Of a stretch of DNA of 64,000 nucleotides, positions 39,501 to 50,354 are shown piece after piece; the stretch's first letter is position 1, and every line of letters starts with the position of its first letter. The translations under genes were made by a program, and so were the position numbers. The stretch is from an uncultured virus (IMG/VR IMGVR_UViG_3300009111_000004) (taxonomy: Duplodnaviria; Heunggongvirae; Uroviricota; Caudoviricetes). The notes under the pieces are model-generated. The model was not told the DNA's origin. It saw only the letters and a program-made list of their open reading frames with translations, and ran no database searches. The stretch lies in the IMG/VR virus record IMGVR_UViG_3300009111_000004; one strand, given 5' to 3'.

Positions 39501-39665
39501 TTGATCCTCTGTGACTTAATCGTTCATATGGATTCTTGCGGCTGGTGATTGTCTTGCATGACCAGATCCCTTACTAGGGAGATGATGCTACGCTGGCAGT
39601 CTTCGACGTCTAGTAAAATTTAGCTAGTCTAGCAGTTATCGGTAAAAATTGTAACAATGTTAATT

Positions 39666-40043
39666 TTATGGCTTCTGTTCTTCATGATCTAGTATGTATT
39701 TTATTGAATTCTGGAAAGCCCGAGTCAATGCTAGTGATTTGCCACGAATGGCCATTTTTTGATCGATAGGATTGCGTTTAGATACCCCAATATGATATTC
39801 GTTGTCTACCAACTGCACTGGAATCAGTAACGCTACTGTAAAGTCATCTTGATATAAGAATTGAACCCTGTATTGATGATTCAATAGATCATAAAGCTTA
39901 CTATAAGTTATAGATCGTTCTGTGTCTATCTGGCTGGTTTGAACTGCACAGATTGGGATTTCGCCCTTATCTAGCATTCTATTCATGGTGCGGGAAAGTA
40001 CAGTTTGATAGTGTGGATCAATATTCTTTGTCTGTTTACGCAT
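39666..40043 (-). CDS. Conserved phage protein
   Basis: GVSKRNPID....RGKSLALTRA pattern. Confidence 0.55.
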   Translation of the reverse strand: MRKQTKNIDPHYQTVLSRTMNRMLDKGEIPICAVQTSQIDTERSITYSKLYDLLNHQYRVQFLYQDDFTVALLIPVQLVDNEYHIGVSKRNPIDQKMAIRGKSLALTRAFQNSIKYILDHEEQKP

Positions 40044-40078
40044 GATGTACCTTTTGTCTTGCAGTTAGATTACGACAT

Positions 40079-40584
40079 TTATACTATAAGAGTTGCACCA
40101 TCAATTAATTCAGTAGGTCCGATGACGATTCGTCGTCCATCGGACCTAGCAACCATCCAATTGTTACCTGGTGTTCGCCTTACTACTAGTAATTTATCAC
40201 CACTCGTGAACCAAACACCGAATCCGGATTCTTTAGTTGGGAATGGATCGCTCGTCCATTCCCAAATTTGACCAATATCAATATCAATCATTCGATTAGT
40301 ACACAATGGCCATTATAAATTTCCCATGAAAAGATATAAAAAGGAGTACTATCAATCTTGACTACTTGATAGCTATTATTATTTAACTGTCCGGATGTGA
40401 CGATTAGCCGGTCGCCATATACAAGAGATACACCATGGTCAATGAGGTCGACACCCCGCCATTCCAATATCTGCCCAGTACTAATTATTATCTTTGATGT
40501 ACTTTTTAAGGGGATTCCATCCATGTTCAATAAGCTGACTAGCTGCATACTGCATGCTTTCAGCGTCGTCAATGGGAAGCCCAT
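40079..40584 (-). CDS. Two GQIW-family small proteins (40079-40306, 40288-~40521)
   Basis: IGQIWEW..GDKLLV; GQILEW..GDRLIV. Confidence 0.55.
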
Positions 40585-41581
40585 TTGCTACATTTAGCAT
40601 ATGTCGGGCTAGATCGAAGCGTTGGTTCAATGGACCAACATTGGCTTGGGCCTTGATTAACTCTACTTGATGTTTAGTTAGCTCATAGCATTTTCGTAGA
40701 CAATCCCAAAGTTTATCAACTTGTGGAAAGTGTTCAGTGATTGCATCGGTGTACGACATATTAAGACGTTCGATAAATGGTGTAATTTGCTGCATTATAC
40801 TTGGTAAACGCATCTGCAATTTACGTCTAGCCTCTCCAACGTGCCTAATGGAAATCTCTGATGCGGCTCGTCGGATAACAAAATAAGAATGATCTGATAG
40901 GAAGTAAACCATTGGTTCTAACCAAACATTAGAGGCGCCAGTCTCAGAGTTCTTTAAGCGAATAGCAACTAGTACTGTATCACCAGATGATAGGTTGTGT
41001 TGTAGACTTGGCCAGAGTAAATCAAATCGGCTCTTAATATCTCCACGAGCTGAACGAATATGTGCCCCAGGCGGGGCTACCTCCTGTAGGGCCTGTAGAA
41101 CGGGTAAATCATCATTAATGCCATAAATCTGGCTAACGATTGCACGTAGGAAGGTGTGTGTAAATCCACCATCTTTTACCCGCAGAAGTACATTATTACT
41201 CTTTTTATCCTGTACCTCAGGACCATAAAATTCTTGGTGCCAGAAGTTGAAATTAATCTCTCTAATATGTGGTGGGCAAGCAACTAAGTATCCTGTCATG
41301 CCAATTACGTCCGGTGGGCGGATACGCGATACTGCCTGAGCCAGAGCATGTTTAGTGTATACGAACTTTACTTTATCCAATTCAAGTCGCCCTAATTCGT
41401 CCATAGATAGGCCGTCGAAATTAACTTCGAAGTCAGCATATCGTTCTTTATCAATCTCTTCCCGTAATCTTTCTAGCTCACTAGGTAAATTCGGTAGTTG
41501 CTGGATAGATCCGAGAGCTGCTTGGATAGATGTTTCACGAGCTGGGATTAGTGCGTCAAATACTGGGATTGTGTTGTTCAT
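40481..41581 (-). CDS. DUF932-like phage protein
   Basis: T.HALAQ, LRAIVSQIY..DD, GDTV..AIRLKNSETGAS. Confidence 0.65.
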   Translation of the reverse strand: MNNTIPVFDALIPARETSIQAALGSIQQLPNLPSELERLREEIDKERYADFEVNFDGLSMDELGRLELDKVKFVYTKHALAQAVSRIRPPDVIGMTGYLVACPPHIREINFNFWHQEFYGPEVQDKKSNNVLLRVKDGGFTHTFLRAIVSQIYGINDDLPVLQALQEVAPPGAHIRSARGDIKSRFDLLWPSLQHNLSSGDTVLVAIRLKNSETGASNVWLEPMVYFLSDHSYFVIRRAASEISIRHVGEARRKLQMRLPSIMQQITPFIERLNMSYTDAITEHFPQVDKLWDCLRKCYELTKHQVELIKAQANVGPLNQRFDLARHMLNVANGLPIDDAESMQYAASQLIEHGWNPLKKYIKDNN

Positions 41582-41617
41582 AACGTTTTACCTGAGGCGG
41601 CTTACTACTTCAGATTT

Positions 41618-41633
41618 TGCAAGGCCCGTGCTT
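41618..41633 (-). promoter_or_regulatory. sigma54-like motif (AG instead of GG at -24)
   Basis: AAGCACG-GGCC-TTGCA, intergenic, ~36 nt before ATG at 41581. Confidence 0.45.
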
Positions 41634-41701
41634 TGATTTTAGGTTGCCGGCGTGAATTTTCAGTATACTATATATTAGATCCAAAACCGGGGAGCCATCA
41701 A

Positions 41702-42595
41702 ATGAACGTTTCAGTTAAGAACCTTACAGCAAACTTACTTTCCACTGACGTTGGGCTGCTTAATCCCGGAGAGACTAAGGTCATGACAATGGGTCCCGCT
41801 GCGGGCTATAGGACTGCTGAGGGTCTAAAGACATTGTCTGATGCTGGTAAGGTGCAGGTAATTGTTACTGAGGAAGCAAGTAAGCTTGATGCTATGGAAC
41901 CTGCAGCCGTTGGTACAGCTTCGGTAGCCGATGGTGCAGTAACCACCATTAAATTAGCTGATGGCGTTCTAGCTGCTAGTGTTGCTGGTAGAGCGAAAAT
42001 GGCTGATAGCTTTTTTACTGAGGCTACTGTTGATAGTAAGTTTGCGGCTGGGGCTATTAACGGCAATAAATTAAAGGATGGAACGATCACCACTGCGAAG
42101 TTTGCAGTTGGATCTGTCGACACTACAGCTCTAGCTGCGAGCGCGGTAACTGCGGTGAAGATCGAAGAGCAGGTGTCGCAGGTATCAGCTGACGTTATTG
42201 TCTCGTCTGCCGAATTATTAGCTCTTAGCGCCACTCCAAAGACTTTGATTGCAGCACCTGGATTAGGGAAGGCGATCGTATTTGAAGGAGCAGTTCTTTT
42301 TTTGGATTACAACTCAATTGCCTATGCCGGAATTGTAGCTGGAACGGACCTATCATTTAAGTATACTGACGGATCTGGTTTGGCTATAGCTGGTTGTGAG
42401 ACTACAGGATTCCTCGATCAGGTAGCGGATACTATGCGTTATGTGCGACCTACTACTACAGCTTCTGGTGTTTCTGATCAGGTGGTAGTCGCCAATGCTG
42501 CCCTAGTGCTTCACATGTTAACAGGAGAGATTACTACAGGGAACTCTCCTGTTAAGGTTCGCGTGTACTATCGCGTAGTACCTACGATTCTATAA
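41702..42595 (+). CDS. Probable virion structural protein (fibre/decoration type); only convincing plus-strand gene
   Basis: Repeats of the ADGAVTTIKL / DGTITTAKF / ASAVTAVKI type; Ala/Gly/Thr-rich; GGGAG RBS before ATG 41702. Confidence 0.7.
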   Translation: MNVSVKNLTANLLSTDVGLLNPGETKVMTMGPAAGYRTAEGLKTLSDAGKVQVIVTEEASKLDAMEPAAVGTASVADGAVTTIKLADGVLAASVAGRAKMADSFFTEATVDSKFAAGAINGNKLKDGTITTAKFAVGSVDTTALAASAVTAVKIEEQVSQVSADVIVSSAELLALSATPKTLIAAPGLGKAIVFEGAVLFLDYNSIAYAGIVAGTDLSFKYTDGSGLAIAGCETTGFLDQVADTMRYVRPTTTASGVSDQVVVANAALVLHMLTGEITTGNSPVKVRVYYRVVPTIL

Positions 42596-42896
42596 GTAGT
42601 TCTTTTAGAGCTAGATTAGCACTCGATTCCCAGCCAATCTCTGGCTGGTGTTGAGGATCGAAGGTATGTATATATAGGGGTGTTGGTACTGATTTACGTT
42701 GGAAGAGATTACGTATAACGGTCGTTACGGGGTCTCTGCTGGCAAAAACAATTTTCCAGATTATTGTTGGGTGTTTTTCTCGACATTGTATGATATCACT
42801 GATAATGTCGAGGTTTTCTAGGATTCTACCTACATGTCGAGCCTCAGCCTCGGTTCCATAGAAAAGAGTAATCACAACTGGTTGACTGATCTTCAT
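42582..42896 (-). CDS. Hypothetical protein
   Basis: 104-aa ORF with TAATG overlap. Confidence 0.5.
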   Translation of the reverse strand: MKISQPVVITLFYGTEAEARHVGRILENLDIISDIIQCREKHPTIIWKIVFASRDPVTTVIRNLFQRKSVPTPLYIHTFDPQHQPEIGWESSANLALKELLIES

Positions 42897-43261
42897 TAGT
42901 TCCCCATGGTAGGTCGGATTGTTTCTAGAATACCAGATTCATTAGTATATGTCACTTTTTTGATTCCAGCTGCACGAATTCGTTGCATACAACTAGGGCA
43001 TGGTCGTGCCATTCCAAAGACGCCACTCTTTTTAACACGCACCACTAGAAGAGTTGATCCGTCAACATCGGATCGCCACGCACGGTTAAGCGCTGTGTGT
43101 TCTGCATGTAGGTGGTCTTTATTCCAGCCAATAGAGACAATATTACCACCCCTAAGGATGAGGGCTGCCAAATGAAACTGTGGATGATTTGATCGTCGCG
43201 CATGTTGACGAGCAATACGTAGATGGCTATAGTAACCTGCAGTATTACTGTTTTGAACCAT
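42896..43261 (-). CDS. Zn-dependent cytidine/deoxycytidylate deaminase-family protein
   Basis: GWN..HAE...PCPSC...GIKKVTY. Confidence 0.88.
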   Translation of the reverse strand: MVQNSNTAGYYSHLRIARQHARRSNHPQFHLAALILRGGNIVSIGWNKDHLHAEHTALNRAWRSDVDGSTLLVVRVKKSGVFGMARPCPSCMQRIRAAGIKKVTYTNESGILETIRPTMGN

Positions 43262-43353
43262 ATCGATCAGTCAGTTATGGGCTGGTTGGTTGGTTCTATA
43301 ATGATTGGACTAAAGGACACATCAATTTTCAAGGATTGACTAGATATTGAAAT

Positions 43354-44547
43354 TTATGAGTGGATATCGCATGGAATGATCAATGCCCCAGGCGGTGGCT
43401 TAGTAGAAATCTCACGAGTGAAAGCCCCTACAACTAGTTTCTTTGCTGGGATCGGCTGTGGCCACTCAGACTGGAAAAAGGCGCAGTCCGTAAAGTGTAC
43501 TAGTGAATCGAACCTCTTTCTTGTTGCGATTATTGCATCGTAAGCCGGTTTAGGGTCAGTACCTCCGGAGAACGAGACTGCGGTCTCAATTTTAGCTTGC
43601 GTGTTAGTGCTTACCCAACCCTCCCAGACTACCTCGTCCGTGTGAGCGACGAGGTAAACTGAGATTCCAGAAAAATCATTCATCAGTGATTTGCATTCAG
43701 CCACAATCTGTGAGATCCACTCACGATCCATAGATCCGGAAACATCAATCACTACCGCAACACGTGGGTCACATCCTATCCAACCAGGTAGTTGTGCTCC
43801 GAACATAGGTGAACGACGATGACGCTTAGAGAATGATTGCCAGTCTCGACGTGGACGACTGGATGCCAACTCCACACCGCGTCGTAGAATAGCTCGCCAT
43901 GAGATTTTGGCTATGCGAGGGGCTAACAGATTAGCCACACCAGTGCCTGAGCCAGCAGAATTGTTACGGGCGATTGTAGCTACTTCTAAAGCTACCTGCT
44001 TCCAATCTACATCTCCAGGACCCTTTTGATCGTCTCCATCGCCATGTTCCGGGTCGTCTACCATCCCACATCCAGCTGTTGGACTGGCGTTGCCGTTCTC
44101 ACCTCCTTTTGACATATACTTCGGATTTTGAAGTAGGAACTCATACATTGATTCAACGAACAGATCTCCCTGATATCCTTCGGGCGGGAAGACTGCTATC
44201 TTTGGAAGTTTGATTCCGTCAGTACGAAGGGCGGCATTGATACACATATCTGCAGCATAATTCCATGTTCGATCGTCGCGGGCTCCTTTACGGCCATGGT
44301 GTTGCATAATCAAGTGCAACATCTCATGGGCCATTACTCCTCCGATCTCATCTCGATCCAGTTTCATTACGAAGTCTGGATTAATGAAAAGTCTTCCGGT
44401 ACCACTTATCCCCATGGTGCCCTCACCACCACCACGAGGGTCTTCTACTACCATGCCCTTAATACGAGCCCAAATCATCAAGAAATGGCTATGACTGAAT
44501 CCCAGAACCAGGGTTGCGTTATGACACCGTTCGGTTGCTTGTCCCAT
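43354..44547 (-). CDS. DUF2201-type metallopeptidase-like + VWA protein
   Basis: AHEMLH, WNYAADMCIN, DVSGSM MIDAS, GGTD, FTD. Confidence 0.88.
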   Translation of the reverse strand: MGQATERCHNATLVLGFSHSHFLMIWARIKGMVVEDPRGGGEGTMGISGTGRLFINPDFVMKLDRDEIGGVMAHEMLHLIMQHHGRKGARDDRTWNYAADMCINAALRTDGIKLPKIAVFPPEGYQGDLFVESMYEFLLQNPKYMSKGGENGNASPTAGCGMVDDPEHGDGDDQKGPGDVDWKQVALEVATIARNNSAGSGTGVANLLAPRIAKISWRAILRRGVELASSRPRRDWQSFSKRHRRSPMFGAQLPGWIGCDPRVAVVIDVSGSMDREWISQIVAECKSLMNDFSGISVYLVAHTDEVVWEGWVSTNTQAKIETAVSFSGGTDPKPAYDAIIATRKRFDSLVHFTDCAFFQSEWPQPIPAKKLVVGAFTREISTKPPPGALIIPCDIHS

Positions 44548-44558
44548 TTTTCCCTCGG

Positions 44559-44807
44559 CTACGTACTATCCCAATCTGGGGGCGCTGGTAGATCGGGCCA
44601 TGGTTTACTCCACCACCAACCATCCCATTTTATGTTGGGAGTTGGCACTCCATCTTTCAATAGTATAATTCCAAAACAACTACCATCATTACCAATTTTA
44701 GGGGTTCTAGCCTTTTGAGCGTAGACTCCAGGTCTAGTAGGCATAGATTTCTGCCATTGCCCAGCCAGAAACTGCTGCCAACGTAGGTATAAATCAATAT
44801 CAAACAT
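44559..44807 (-). CDS. Trp/Pro-rich hypothetical protein
   Basis: WQKSMPTRPGVY...WWSKP. Confidence 0.5.
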   Translation of the reverse strand: MFDIDLYLRWQQFLAGQWQKSMPTRPGVYAQKARTPKIGNDGSCFGIILLKDGVPTPNIKWDGWWWSKPWPDLPAPPDWDST

Positions 44808-44914
44808 TTGATCCCAATATTATAATTAAATTAGGTCTTTGGCGGAGATGGGTTGTACCATCGACCCATGCTTATTAAGAGTGTGCTTACTTACTATAGC
44901 TCTACGTCAGCACT

Positions 44915-44975
44915 ACCAGCACCATACTAACTGACTTTGTGATATTACAAATTCACCAGTTAGTATGGTGCTGGT
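44915..44975. repeat. Perfect 19-bp inverted repeat (long hairpin) just downstream of the MoxR gene
   Basis: accagcaccatactaactg ... cagttagtatggtgctggt, with an inner tttgt/acaaa stem. Confidence 0.9.
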
Positions 44976-44987
44976 TTAGGGTGATTG

Positions 44988-46136
44988 CTACGGATTCATC
45001 GCCTTCATGGCAGTACCAACGGTCTTCATTACCCTGGTCTGAGCCCGATCCGCCTTTTCCCACATTTCATGCTTTTTCCAGTCCTTCAAATTACCCCATC
45101 GACCCAGGGCATGAGAGGCAGCCACTCGAATCTCGACGTTTTGACCTTGTAGACGGTCGCAGTAGATCCAAGCCGGACAAGGATTCTCCATGGCCACCTG
45201 AACCATGACCCCAATCACTCCTACCCCGGCGTTGGTATTGTCTGGAACCTTTGCGGTTTCAGGATTGGTCAAGATCTCCTTCACGCTAGGCAGTTGATCC
45301 CTTATCTTGCGGATCGTCATATACGCAGCTGCAGTAGTCTCACCCACATTGCCAGCTAGCAGAGCAGCGAACAGTGGACTATTATCTCGCTCCCCACTCT
45401 TCAGAGCCATAGCACAGACTTCAATGGCTCGCTCCCATGATCGTGGAGCACCCCAGTTCTCGCCCTTTTGCGATGCCCCAGCTGGTGGATTCATCACGAT
45501 GAGTTCTGGGGCCGCTTCCAGGGTTGCCGCGAGATCGACGGCCAACTGTCGTATGAAGGGCTCGTTCGGCTTGAAGTTGTAGAAATACTCTTTGATTTCA
45601 TCAAGTCGTGGGATGAGCCTGATCATAGTCATCCGTCCGATCAGTGGTAGTGCCACCTCCCAACCACCTGCAGCTTGATCGGGTGGATTCATCGCTGTTA
45701 CTACGCGGGTATCTGGATGGAGCTTCTGATCACCAGCCCATCGTTCGTAGACCAATCGCATGGCGGCACCCTGAACTGCAGGTGAGGCGCAAGATAGCTC
45801 ATCCAGAAAGAGGATAACACCTTGCTCGCAGGCTCGCTTGATTGGCCCAAGTGGGAGACGGTCAATCATTCCACTCTCTCCAGAGAGAGAGGTGACTGGA
45901 AACCCACCGATATCAGTAGGATCACATAGTGAAAGGATCAGTGGCACCAGGGGAAGTTTCAGTTCCTTAGCTACCACTCCCGTTATGGCAGATTTGCCGA
46001 CTCCTGGAGGTCCGATCAAGTTAATCGGTTGGTTCGCGAGGATGGAATATTTAAGGGCCCGTATGGCGTGTTCGATGTCTACGACATCGATTCCACTCCA
46101 CTTGCTGTCTGCCTGAATCCTATTGCTCATCTTCAC
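44988..46136 (-). CDS. MoxR-like AAA+ ATPase
   Basis: GPPGVGKS, DPTDIGG, LFLDE, AMNP, LIGR, PRSWE; AGGAG RBS. Confidence 0.92.
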   Translation of the reverse strand: MKMSNRIQADSKWSGIDVVDIEHAIRALKYSILANQPINLIGPPGVGKSAITGVVAKELKLPLVPLILSLCDPTDIGGFPVTSLSGESGMIDRLPLGPIKRACEQGVILFLDELSCASPAVQGAAMRLVYERWAGDQKLHPDTRVVTAMNPPDQAAGGWEVALPLIGRMTMIRLIPRLDEIKEYFYNFKPNEPFIRQLAVDLAATLEAAPELIVMNPPAGASQKGENWGAPRSWERAIEVCAMALKSGERDNSPLFAALLAGNVGETTAAAYMTIRKIRDQLPSVKEILTNPETAKVPDNTNAGVGVIGVMVQVAMENPCPAWIYCDRLQGQNVEIRVAASHALGRWGNLKDWKKHEMWEKADRAQTRVMKTVGTAMKAMNP

Positions 46137-46162
46137 TACTCCTGGTTGGTGCTGTGAGTGAA

Positions 46163-46453
46163 CTACTCTCTCGGATTACCTTTTTGGCCTTCACTTAGTA
46201 CCCGGTCAAGGTCTTCACTAATATAGCTTCCAATTGCGCATACCATGGCACATACTATCAAAAGAGCACGCCAATATGAGATATCAAGCCCTATGCTCAT
46301 AGCAACCGCACTCAGAATTATAGCGACAATTATTTTAGTGGTTGATTCAGTAAGATTGAACGGTTTCATTGGTATCCTACTGATTACGTGGGTCCATCTT
46401 TTGGATGAACTCTGATAGAGTAAAACCAGACCACTGATGCCATGTACTAACAA
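46163..46453 (-). CDS. Small membrane protein
   Basis: Two hydrophobic segments; likely start at MKPFNL. Confidence 0.5.
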   Translation of the reverse strand: MLVHGISGLVLLYQSSSKRWTHVISRIPMKPFNLTESTTKIIVAIILSAVAMSIGLDISYWRALLIVCAMVCAIGSYISEDLDRVLSEGQKGNPRE

Positions 46454-46700
46454 TGTTTGCTACCCACTCAGGAAAATATACGATACGAAAATAACCTTGA
46501 TTAGGTCTATCAGGATTTAGTGGCCATGTATAGATGTCTCGCGGGACATCTATACTTAGTAGCTCTACTAAATGTTCATAATTACTGAGATCTACTACTC
46601 GTTTAGTAGACATCTCTTTGCGCCATTGACCAAACTGGCACATAGCTAAGGTATGAGTATTGAGTAGAGGACGATTACACTTGGGGCACGATGCAATCAT
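46377..46700 (-). CDS. Zn-finger paralog family member (short)
   Basis: CPKC..H...C ... FPEWV...SGFTLSEFIQKM. Confidence 0.65.
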   Translation of the reverse strand: MIASCPKCNRPLLNTHTLAMCQFGQWRKEMSTKRVVDLSNYEHLVELLSIDVPRDIYTWPLNPDRPNQGYFRIVYFPEWVANIVSTWHQWSGFTLSEFIQKMDPRNQ

Positions 46701-47604
46701 AATGTGTCCAATTGGTTGGGTTTTATTTTGGTTAGGTATTCTTGTAAAGTAAGACCTGCGTAGGGGCCGTCATTACCACTAGCTACCTTCCGATAGGTTT
46801 CGATTGCTTTTTCGACCCATGGTTCCACATAAATATCATAATTAGTGGCGACTGTCATATTACTAACCCCTGCTAGGCGAGCAATTAATCCGTCATGAAA
46901 TTTAATTTTTTGAGCCCTTGTCCAGTCGCTTGGATCTCATCGCGTTTTATCAAACATTCGGGATGTTGTAGATGTTCATCAATGCGCTTTGCTTCGACCA
47001 GCGTTTTACACTGAGTACAATATTGAGCTTGAATAAAGTGAAAAACAATAATCTCAGCTTGTGAAATTAATGGTTCCTCTGAGGGAATTTGTAATATTTT
47101 TCTGCTCGTAGGTATCGATCCATGCATATATCCATTATTATCGATACCTACGACCCAGTCATGTTCAGATATACTATTATTACCTAGATGAATGAGCACG
47201 TCTTCATTTTGCATTCGGGCCATACACAAGCAACGCAGAATCTCATCCTGTTGTTGTACGGTCGATTTATAATCACCTGGGCGTAACCTACCTCGTTTAG
47301 TGAATTCCTCTGAAATATTGGTACTCACCCCACATGAGCGAGTAGAATTCATCCAGTCCATAGACTCAGTGTTCATCTTTGCGCGGCAAATCTCATTAGC
47401 ATATTCCTCTAATTTCTGATTAACAGTTTTGAGTGTGACTTCCAACTCAGCTATTTTATGATTATAAATAAGTCCGTCATTGAACGGGTCAGAAGGCGGA
47501 TGATAGGAATGATACCTACCTTCTTGATCTATACTGGAATCACGCCTGCTGTTCAGATAGTCACGACTGCAAAGGTAGTGATTACCGTCTATTGGACTAA
47601 TCAT
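46697..47604 (-). pseudogene. Zn-finger paralog family member split by a -1 frameshift near 46897-46911
   Basis: After KKLNFMTD* the -1 frame reads HDGLIARLAG...ATNYDIYVEPWVEKAI...YAGLTLQEYLTK, matching paralog C-termini and ending in an ATGA overlap at 46697. Confidence 0.75.
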
Positions 47605-47634
47605 CGTTACGCGCGGCTCCCCTCAGCTAAGAAC

Positions 47635-47650
47635 TGCAAGCGCCGGGCCG
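47635..47650 (-). promoter_or_regulatory. sigma54-type promoter
   Basis: Intergenic CGGCCCG-GCGC-TTGCA, ~30 nt before ATG at 47604. Confidence 0.65.
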
Positions 47651-47659
47651 CCGCCATAG

Positions 47660-49250
47660 CTAGGTCCTGGATTTGGTGTACAATTTGGTTAAAAATTCTT
47701 CTAGACTTATTCCAGCATATCCACCAGGGGTAGATTCAAATAAACGAATGGCTGAACTTACCCAAGGAGGAATCCATACGGAATAGTTGGTGGCTTGTAA
47801 TTTATATGGTAGGTTAGCACTACGAATAGCCTTCCAATGATGCGATTTCCAAACTGGTTCCCATTGTTTAGATTTAAGATTTTGTTCTTCTCCTGCTTGA
47901 ATACATTTTAAACTTTCTTGATGCTTAGTCCAATGTTTAATCGCAACCATTTGTTGACATCTGGTGCAGGTGTAACCTAAGAAAGAATAAGCACAAGTTA
48001 CCGCATAAGGGTGGGCCGCAGACCAACTACTTTTACGATGAACATCCAAATCTACATAACTAAAAAAATGTTGTGGTATTAGTCTACCTTCATGCATTTC
48101 TATGAGAACTTGATTCTGGTGCTTAATCCACAATGGAAGAATAGTTTGAGTAAAGATAGTGGCTTTATCGAAATCCGCTGTATGTTTTCGATTAACTCCA
48201 AAAAGATCAATCCTTTTAATGCGCTCTAGTGCCGGTGTACTATCTGGGATATATAGAATATCATGAGCATGTTGAATTCTAGTAATAGGATCAGATAGTA
48301 AAGTATTATTCGTCTGTTCCCAGTTTCTTAGACCAATTAAAGCTGTCTCAACCATTTCAATAAGTTGAGCTGGCTTTATTGATTCAATAATTGGGTCGAG
48401 CAGGCGATTATTTTCTATGCATAAAGTTAGTTGATCCAAGATAGTCCTAGTTAGTTTGCTCTGTGGTTATACCGTGCATTTTTAGTATGTATTCCTCCAG
48501 GGTTAGTCCAGCATACCCATTTTTCTTCCTGTATTGGTTTATGCTTTCAACAATTCGGGCAGGTGCATACCATTGGAATCTAATAGGAATTAATTCTGAT
48601 GGTATAAGTCTTTGTTCCGCCAATCTAATTATATCTCTACTGTATAATGGCACAAATCCTCGATCTTTAATTGCTTTTAAATAACCTACTTTGGTACATC
48701 TACTAGTCTTTTGATGAGTTTCAAGACGACTTTGTTTGATAGTTATACCGCATCTTTGACATGTAGCTCTAGGAGTTGAATTATCGATATATTCAATATT
48801 TAACTTTTGAATATTGTTTGAATCGAATTTATCAATTAAATTGAAGAATCGATCTTTATTTTTACGAATACGTCCAGCTCGGGCATGTTGCATAAGTTCG
48901 TCATTATACTTACAAATCTTATTTATTGTTTTAATTGTGGGCTTTATATAAGCCTCATGAATACCAGCTGGGGAAGATTTAGATGTAGTGGGTACGATTA
49001 CATCTTTGCCGGTTTGCCTAAGGTGCTGGAGGTGATAGCCATTAATGATCCATTCAAATGGTAGATACATAAATGGTGTTGAATAATTAGAATTATCTGT
49101 TGGCGATAATAATTCAGATTGTTGATCAATCCATTTTCTATAGGCAGTTAGTTGCTCATTGGTGAACTTATATAGATTCTCAAGTTCATCAATAGTAATA
49201 TTAGCGCGTTGACCGAATCGGATAACTTCGAATTCTTTAATATTAGACAT
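47660..49250 (-). CDS. Two Zn-finger paralog family members (47660-48439, 48447-49250)
   Basis: CTRC/CQRC..HQ....C and GYAG(I/L)(S/T)LEE(F/Y) C-termini. Confidence 0.7.
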
Positions 49251-49287
49251 TATTTGTCCAAGATGTAGTAATAAATATTTGGTCTTA

Positions 49288-50022
49288 TCATATTTCTACT
49301 AATAGTCGTCTGTCAAAAACCGAGCTGAGTTCATCTGGGTATCCTAGTGGGTTGGAGTAGACCCTCGTTTGACCCAGTCGATAATCAAATAGTTCGTGAC
49401 TATGTCCGTGAACCCATAATTTGGGTTCACGCTCAATAATGAGATCAGACAGATCACAAAGGAAAAACCGATTAATATCGCTGTTGGCGAATTTTGGATG
49501 TACACTTAATTGAGATGGAAGATGATGGCTAACAACTATATCACCGATTTGTAATTCCTGTCGTAGTGTTGCAATTACTTGAGCATTTCTCAGATATACC
49601 CATGGTATAAGTCCACTAATTTTCTCAAAATCACAAATTTTGTCGTAATACATGGGATTTTGAGGATTATACGGGAACCATAATGTATCACCAAGAAATC
49701 GTTGGTTATTGACGACACAAACTTCGCCTCGACGTAGTATATGAAGATTAGAGAATTTAGTTTCTAGTAGATCTAGAATCTTTTCAGCTTTTAGCACTGA
49801 AGTACCATAATACTCATGATTACCAGGAACCATTAGAACCGTTGAATACTTTTGGCATAGATTTTCATAAATACGTATTGGCCAATAATCATTTTTTAAT
49901 GAGCAAATGTCACCGGCTAAGATTAATATGTCTGCCCGATCTGGTGGTGTGCCCGTTAGAAATTCAATTCCTTCATCTCGATGGCATTCGAGATGAAGAT
50001 CACTCATGATATGTAAACGCAT
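49288..50022 (-). CDS. Calcineurin-like metallophosphoesterase
   Basis: SDLHLE, AGD, GNHE, SHHLP, HGHSH, NPLGY. Confidence 0.92.
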   Translation of the reverse strand: MRLHIMSDLHLECHRDEGIEFLTGTPPDRADILILAGDICSLKNDYWPIRIYENLCQKYSTVLMVPGNHEYYGTSVLKAEKILDLLETKFSNLHILRRGEVCVVNNQRFLGDTLWFPYNPQNPMYYDKICDFEKISGLIPWVYLRNAQVIATLRQELQIGDIVVSHHLPSQLSVHPKFANSDINRFFLCDLSDLIIEREPKLWVHGHSHELFDYRLGQTRVYSNPLGYPDELSSVFDRRLLVEI

Positions 50023-50024
50023 GT

Positions 50025-50354
50025 TTAGATCAATTGAAAATAGTCGTGTATGATATTAACTCTGGTTTGGTACAAAATACCGAAAAAATTGATCGTCCAC
50101 CCCAATCGGCCACTAATAAAATAAGTCCCGATTATAATTATACGATCTCCTGGGGAGAAAAGGTGTGCCTTCACGTCATCGTCACGTCGACGCATCCACA
50201 CTTTGTCTAGGCATTCCCAGACCTGTCCTAATTCTACACAAGGTATAAATTTAGGACAGGGGCACCAGTTTCCGTAGTATAAATTATAATTTATACAGTA
50301 CGTCTGTTCGACATGCTTAGACCAGCTATGTCCACAAGTAAAGCAAGTTAACAT
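50025..50354 (-). CDS. Zn-binding + GQVW-family protein
   Basis: CFTCGH..H..C..CPC followed by LGQVWE..GDRIII. Confidence 0.55.
   Translation of the reverse strand: MLTCFTCGHSWSKHVEQTYCINYNLYYGNWCPCPKFIPCVELGQVWECLDKVWMRRRDDDVKAHLFSPGDRIIIIGTYFISGRLGWTINFFGILYQTRVNIIHDYFQLI

Noticed and set aside
44838..44910. tRNA-like 3' end (...ACCCATCTCCGCCA on minus strand) with a short hairpin
   Set aside because: No TTCG T-loop, no complementary acceptor 5' strand, no cloverleaf
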